Source: a virus. From it: a DNA stretch of 64,000 nt. The notes beneath the pieces are model-generated. The model was not told the origin of the DNA, made no database searches, and saw only the letters and a program-made list of their open reading frames with translations. Positions 62,430-64,000 of this stretch are shown in pieces. The position numbers were made by a program, and so were the translations under genes. Numbering within the stretch: the first letter of the stretch is position 1; each line of letters starts with the position of its first letter. The DNA lies in the IMG/VR virus record IMGVR_UViG_3300024261_000028, positions 1 through 64,000 of that record. The stretch is one strand, 5' to 3'.

Positions 62430-62810
62430 TTAGTAATGTGACAGTCTTTGTCTGTTTTGTCTTTTAACACTCTCTCTATATTGTTGTGGATTATTTTCCC
62501 TCCATTTTCTTTGTCGTTCGGCATTTGTCATCGGTGGTTGTTTGTTTTCACCACCATATGGTTTTCCTCTTTTTCCACGAAGCATTCTCATTCCTATCCT
62601 TGATGCCCATTTTCTTTTTTCTTTCAGGATCATCTCGTCAAAACAGAATGTCATAAGTGTGTACAGTCTGTTGACCGATTTTATCTCCTCCAACTTAATG
62701 ACAATTAGAGCTCTTGTATGAAAATTCCTAAGTTCCAACGTTCTCATGTTTTCAGGTATGTTGTTATATGCCTTTACAACCTGTGTTGCTTTTTCTATCT
62801 CTTGATTCAT
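62430..62810 (-). CDS. putative DNA-binding protein with basic C-terminal region (126 aa)
   Basis: ORF track; C-terminus TNAERQRKWRENNPQQYRESVKRQNRQR; adjacent to an array of TTCGTTATAG sites. Confidence 0.45.
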   Translation of the reverse strand: MNQEIEKATQVVKAYNNIPENMRTLELRNFHTRALIVIKLEEIKSVNRLYTLMTFCFDEMILKEKRKWASRIGMRMLRGKRGKPYGGENKQPPMTNAERQRKWRENNPQQYRESVKRQNRQRLSHY

Positions 62811-62832
62811 GTATAATATATGATGATTTCCT

Positions 62833-62840
62833 AATATAAG
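62833..62840 (-). promoter_or_regulatory. TATA-like box for gene starting at 62810
   Basis: CTTATATT on the minus strand, 23-30 nt upstream of the ATG. Confidence 0.45.
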
Positions 62841-62850
62841 TGTAACATGA

Positions 62851-63010
62851 TTCGTTATAGGTATAATGTATATACTGGAGTTTTTAGTTAGTTAACAGTT
62901 ATTGTTATATTCGTTATAGCTATTGTAGGAGTATTATTTACTGTAACGAGCTGTAGCTATTTGTGTTAAGAGGTGTTTTTTATCTTTACTTAAAATTTAA
63001 CTATAACGAA
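62851..63010. promoter_or_regulatory. array of four 10-bp sites (TTCGTTATAG type), two direct and two inverted
   Basis: TTCGTTATAG at 62851..62860 and 62910..62919; inverted CTGTAACGAG at 62941..62950 and CTATAACGAA at 63001..63010; spacing 59-60 bp within each pair. Confidence 0.5.
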
Positions 63011-63087
63011 CGTGTTAATATATATGACTAGTAGTGTGAATTTGCACGCCAGCTCCTAAGCTCTGGAAGTCCGGAGTAATGACCCGG

Positions 63088-63189
63088 CTAGTCAGTTTTA
63101 TCTTCTTCCGGTTCCAAAATTTTCTTTTTTGATTTTTTTATGAATAGTCCATTTGGACCCAATTCGCAAGCAGTTCCACAACAACCCAT
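63088..63189 (-). CDS. hypothetical mini-protein (33 aa)
   Basis: Own reading: MGCCGTACELGPNGLFIKKSKKKILEPEEDKTD; ATTTAAAT box 63213..63220 lies 24-31 nt upstream. Confidence 0.3.
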   Translation of the reverse strand: MGCCGTACELGPNGLFIKKSKKKILEPEEDKTD

Positions 63190-63235
63190 AGTATTTATAG
63201 TATGTAAGTGTTATTTAAATATTACAGTTTATATC

Positions 63236-63997
63236 CTACCATTTACAATCATATGCAATATTTTGTAAAAAGTCACATGATTTTACAATAACTGGGTATT
63301 TTATACCATTCCATCCATACTCTCCATATAACTTACCCATCATAATTAATTCGGGGGACTTTATATCAACAACACTGCCATAGGAAATACTAAGATGAGG
63401 ATACATGACAGACACCTCTATACCTTCCATATCCCTTGGTAAGGGTGATGAATTTATATAATGAAGAAGGCCAAACGCGTGTCCAAGCTCGTGAATTATC
63501 ACTGATTGCAGTGTATAGTCATTCAATGATTCTATTGCCCAATCGGCATTTCCGTTGTTTATTATTATATGATTGTTGTCAACATAGTTCACATATGCGT
63601 TTATTACCATAAATTTATGGTTGGAGTTTGTAAAATTTATTGATGTGGTGCCAAGTGCGTCGGATCCGCTAAGACCCTCAAATACAACCATTATCGTGCA
63701 GTGTGGAAAGTCTTCCGCAGACTTGTCCTTGTGGTCTTCCCATGCTATTGGCTCATGTATTATTATTTCCCAGTTACCCTTTGGATATTCCTTGAACAGT
63801 GCCTCCGTCCACGCATCTACCGAAACCCTGGTAAGAATCTCATGAGTCCTCGCACGGTCGCTGATGTCAGGATCTATGTCGAAAATACATACTTCAGGGG
63901 TCTTGTCAAACCTGACCTTAAGCGTCTCAAGGTTGTCACCTACACCTGCAGGTATGACTCCCACACCACCAATTAACACTAAAATTAGGAATAACAC
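63236..63997 (-). CDS. secreted metzincin (matrixin-like zinc metalloprotease); 5' end may lie beyond the window
   Basis: HELGHAFGLLH (HExxHxxGxxH) followed by a Met-turn-like VSVMYP; hydrophobic N-terminal signal/anchor; track start is a GTG 3 nt from the window end. Confidence 0.75.
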   Translation of the reverse strand: MLFLILVLIGGVGVIPAGVGDNLETLKVRFDKTPEVCIFDIDPDISDRARTHEILTRVSVDAWTEALFKEYPKGNWEIIIHEPIAWEDHKDKSAEDFPHCTIMVVFEGLSGSDALGTTSINFTNSNHKFMVINAYVNYVDNNHIIINNGNADWAIESLNDYTLQSVIIHELGHAFGLLHYINSSPLPRDMEGIEVSVMYPHLSISYGSVVDIKSPELIMMGKLYGEYGWNGIKYPVIVKSCDFLQNIAYDCKW

Positions 63998-64000
63998 TAT

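Noticed and set aside
63040-63100. Possible tRNA fragment or att site (CCGG...CCGG stem, GTCCGGAGTAATGACCCGGC)
   Set aside because: The stem-loop has a 9-nt loop, or a non-canonical 7-nt loop without U33. No T-loop (GTTCRANYC) or acceptor stem could be built on either strand. The segment is instead covered by a promoter-equipped 33-aa ORF.
1-64000. Diversity-generating retroelement, retron or reverse transcriptase
   Set aside because: No ORF has RT motifs (YxDD with upstream motifs). The YVDGG in 26848..27333 belongs to an RNase H fold. No template/variable repeat pair is seen near the LamG or fibre genes.
1-64000. Integrase, attL/attR or other evidence for an integrated provirus
   Set aside because: No tyrosine or serine recombinase motifs were recognised, and no long direct repeats appear at the window ends. 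Whether this is a free viral genome or a provirus cannot be decided from this window.

Overview
This visibly AT-rich 64-kb window reads as most of the genome of a tailed, HK97-type, siphovirus-like archaeal virus or provirus. I saw no rRNA, tRNA, CRISPR array, integrase or reverse transcriptase.

**Evidence for an archaeal host**
- An archaeal-type MCM helicase (20584..22575) lies next to a RadA/Rad51-type recombinase (19489..20568).
- About 20 genes carry a TATA-like octamer 21-31 nt upstream of the start codon, which implies leaderless or near-leaderless mRNAs.
- Operon-internal genes instead use GGAG/GGAGG ribosome-binding sites or ATGA/TAATG start-stop overlaps.
- The AT-richness and the AAA+/VWA (CobS/CobT-like) pair resemble what I recall of marine thaumarchaeal tailed viruses. 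That host guess is inference only.

**Layout**
- 1..3943: small early-type genes on both strands, many of them CxxC zinc-ribbon mini-proteins.
- 3944..5111: a 1.17-kb non-coding divergence hub full of repeats.
- 5112..18410: a plus-strand block of tightly coupled small genes plus a MoxR/CobS-like AAA+ ATPase and a metallopeptidase-VWA protein.
- 18433..27333: a minus-strand replication and recombination block with nuclease-like proteins, RadA, MCM, a metallophosphoesterase and RNase H.
- 27407..62810: a minus-strand packaging and virion block. It holds TerS-like, TerL, a Cas4-like nuclease, tail fibres, a dual-LamG tail protein, the tape measure, tail tube, connector, MCP, scaffold, a prohead-protease fusion and the portal.
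- 63236..63997: a secreted matrixin-like metzincin at the window edge.

**Most interesting observations**
1. A complete flavin-dependent, tryptophan-type halogenase is co-transcribed with glycine-rich and fibre genes between the MCP and the connector.
2. A second glycine-rich fibre gene is followed by a translationally coupled unknown protein and a 2OG-Fe(II) oxygenase. Each poly-Gly virion protein is therefore paired with an oxidative tailoring enzyme.
3. A conserved ~70-bp element, containing a TATA box and the block GGCACAAATGGTCGTTG, occurs five times in one orientation. Three copies are tandem in the non-coding hub. Two sit inside ~190-bp duplicated cassettes that also share an identical 28-mer spanning the downstream start codons.
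4. The prohead protease is fused to an ~880-aa repetitive, disordered extension.
5. A 29-aa CxC-rich, metallothionein-like mini-ORF has a canonical promoter.
6. A possible DpdA/TGT-like DNA transglycosylase lies in the packaging module.

All functional calls rest on motifs I could read in the translations. No database search was possible.
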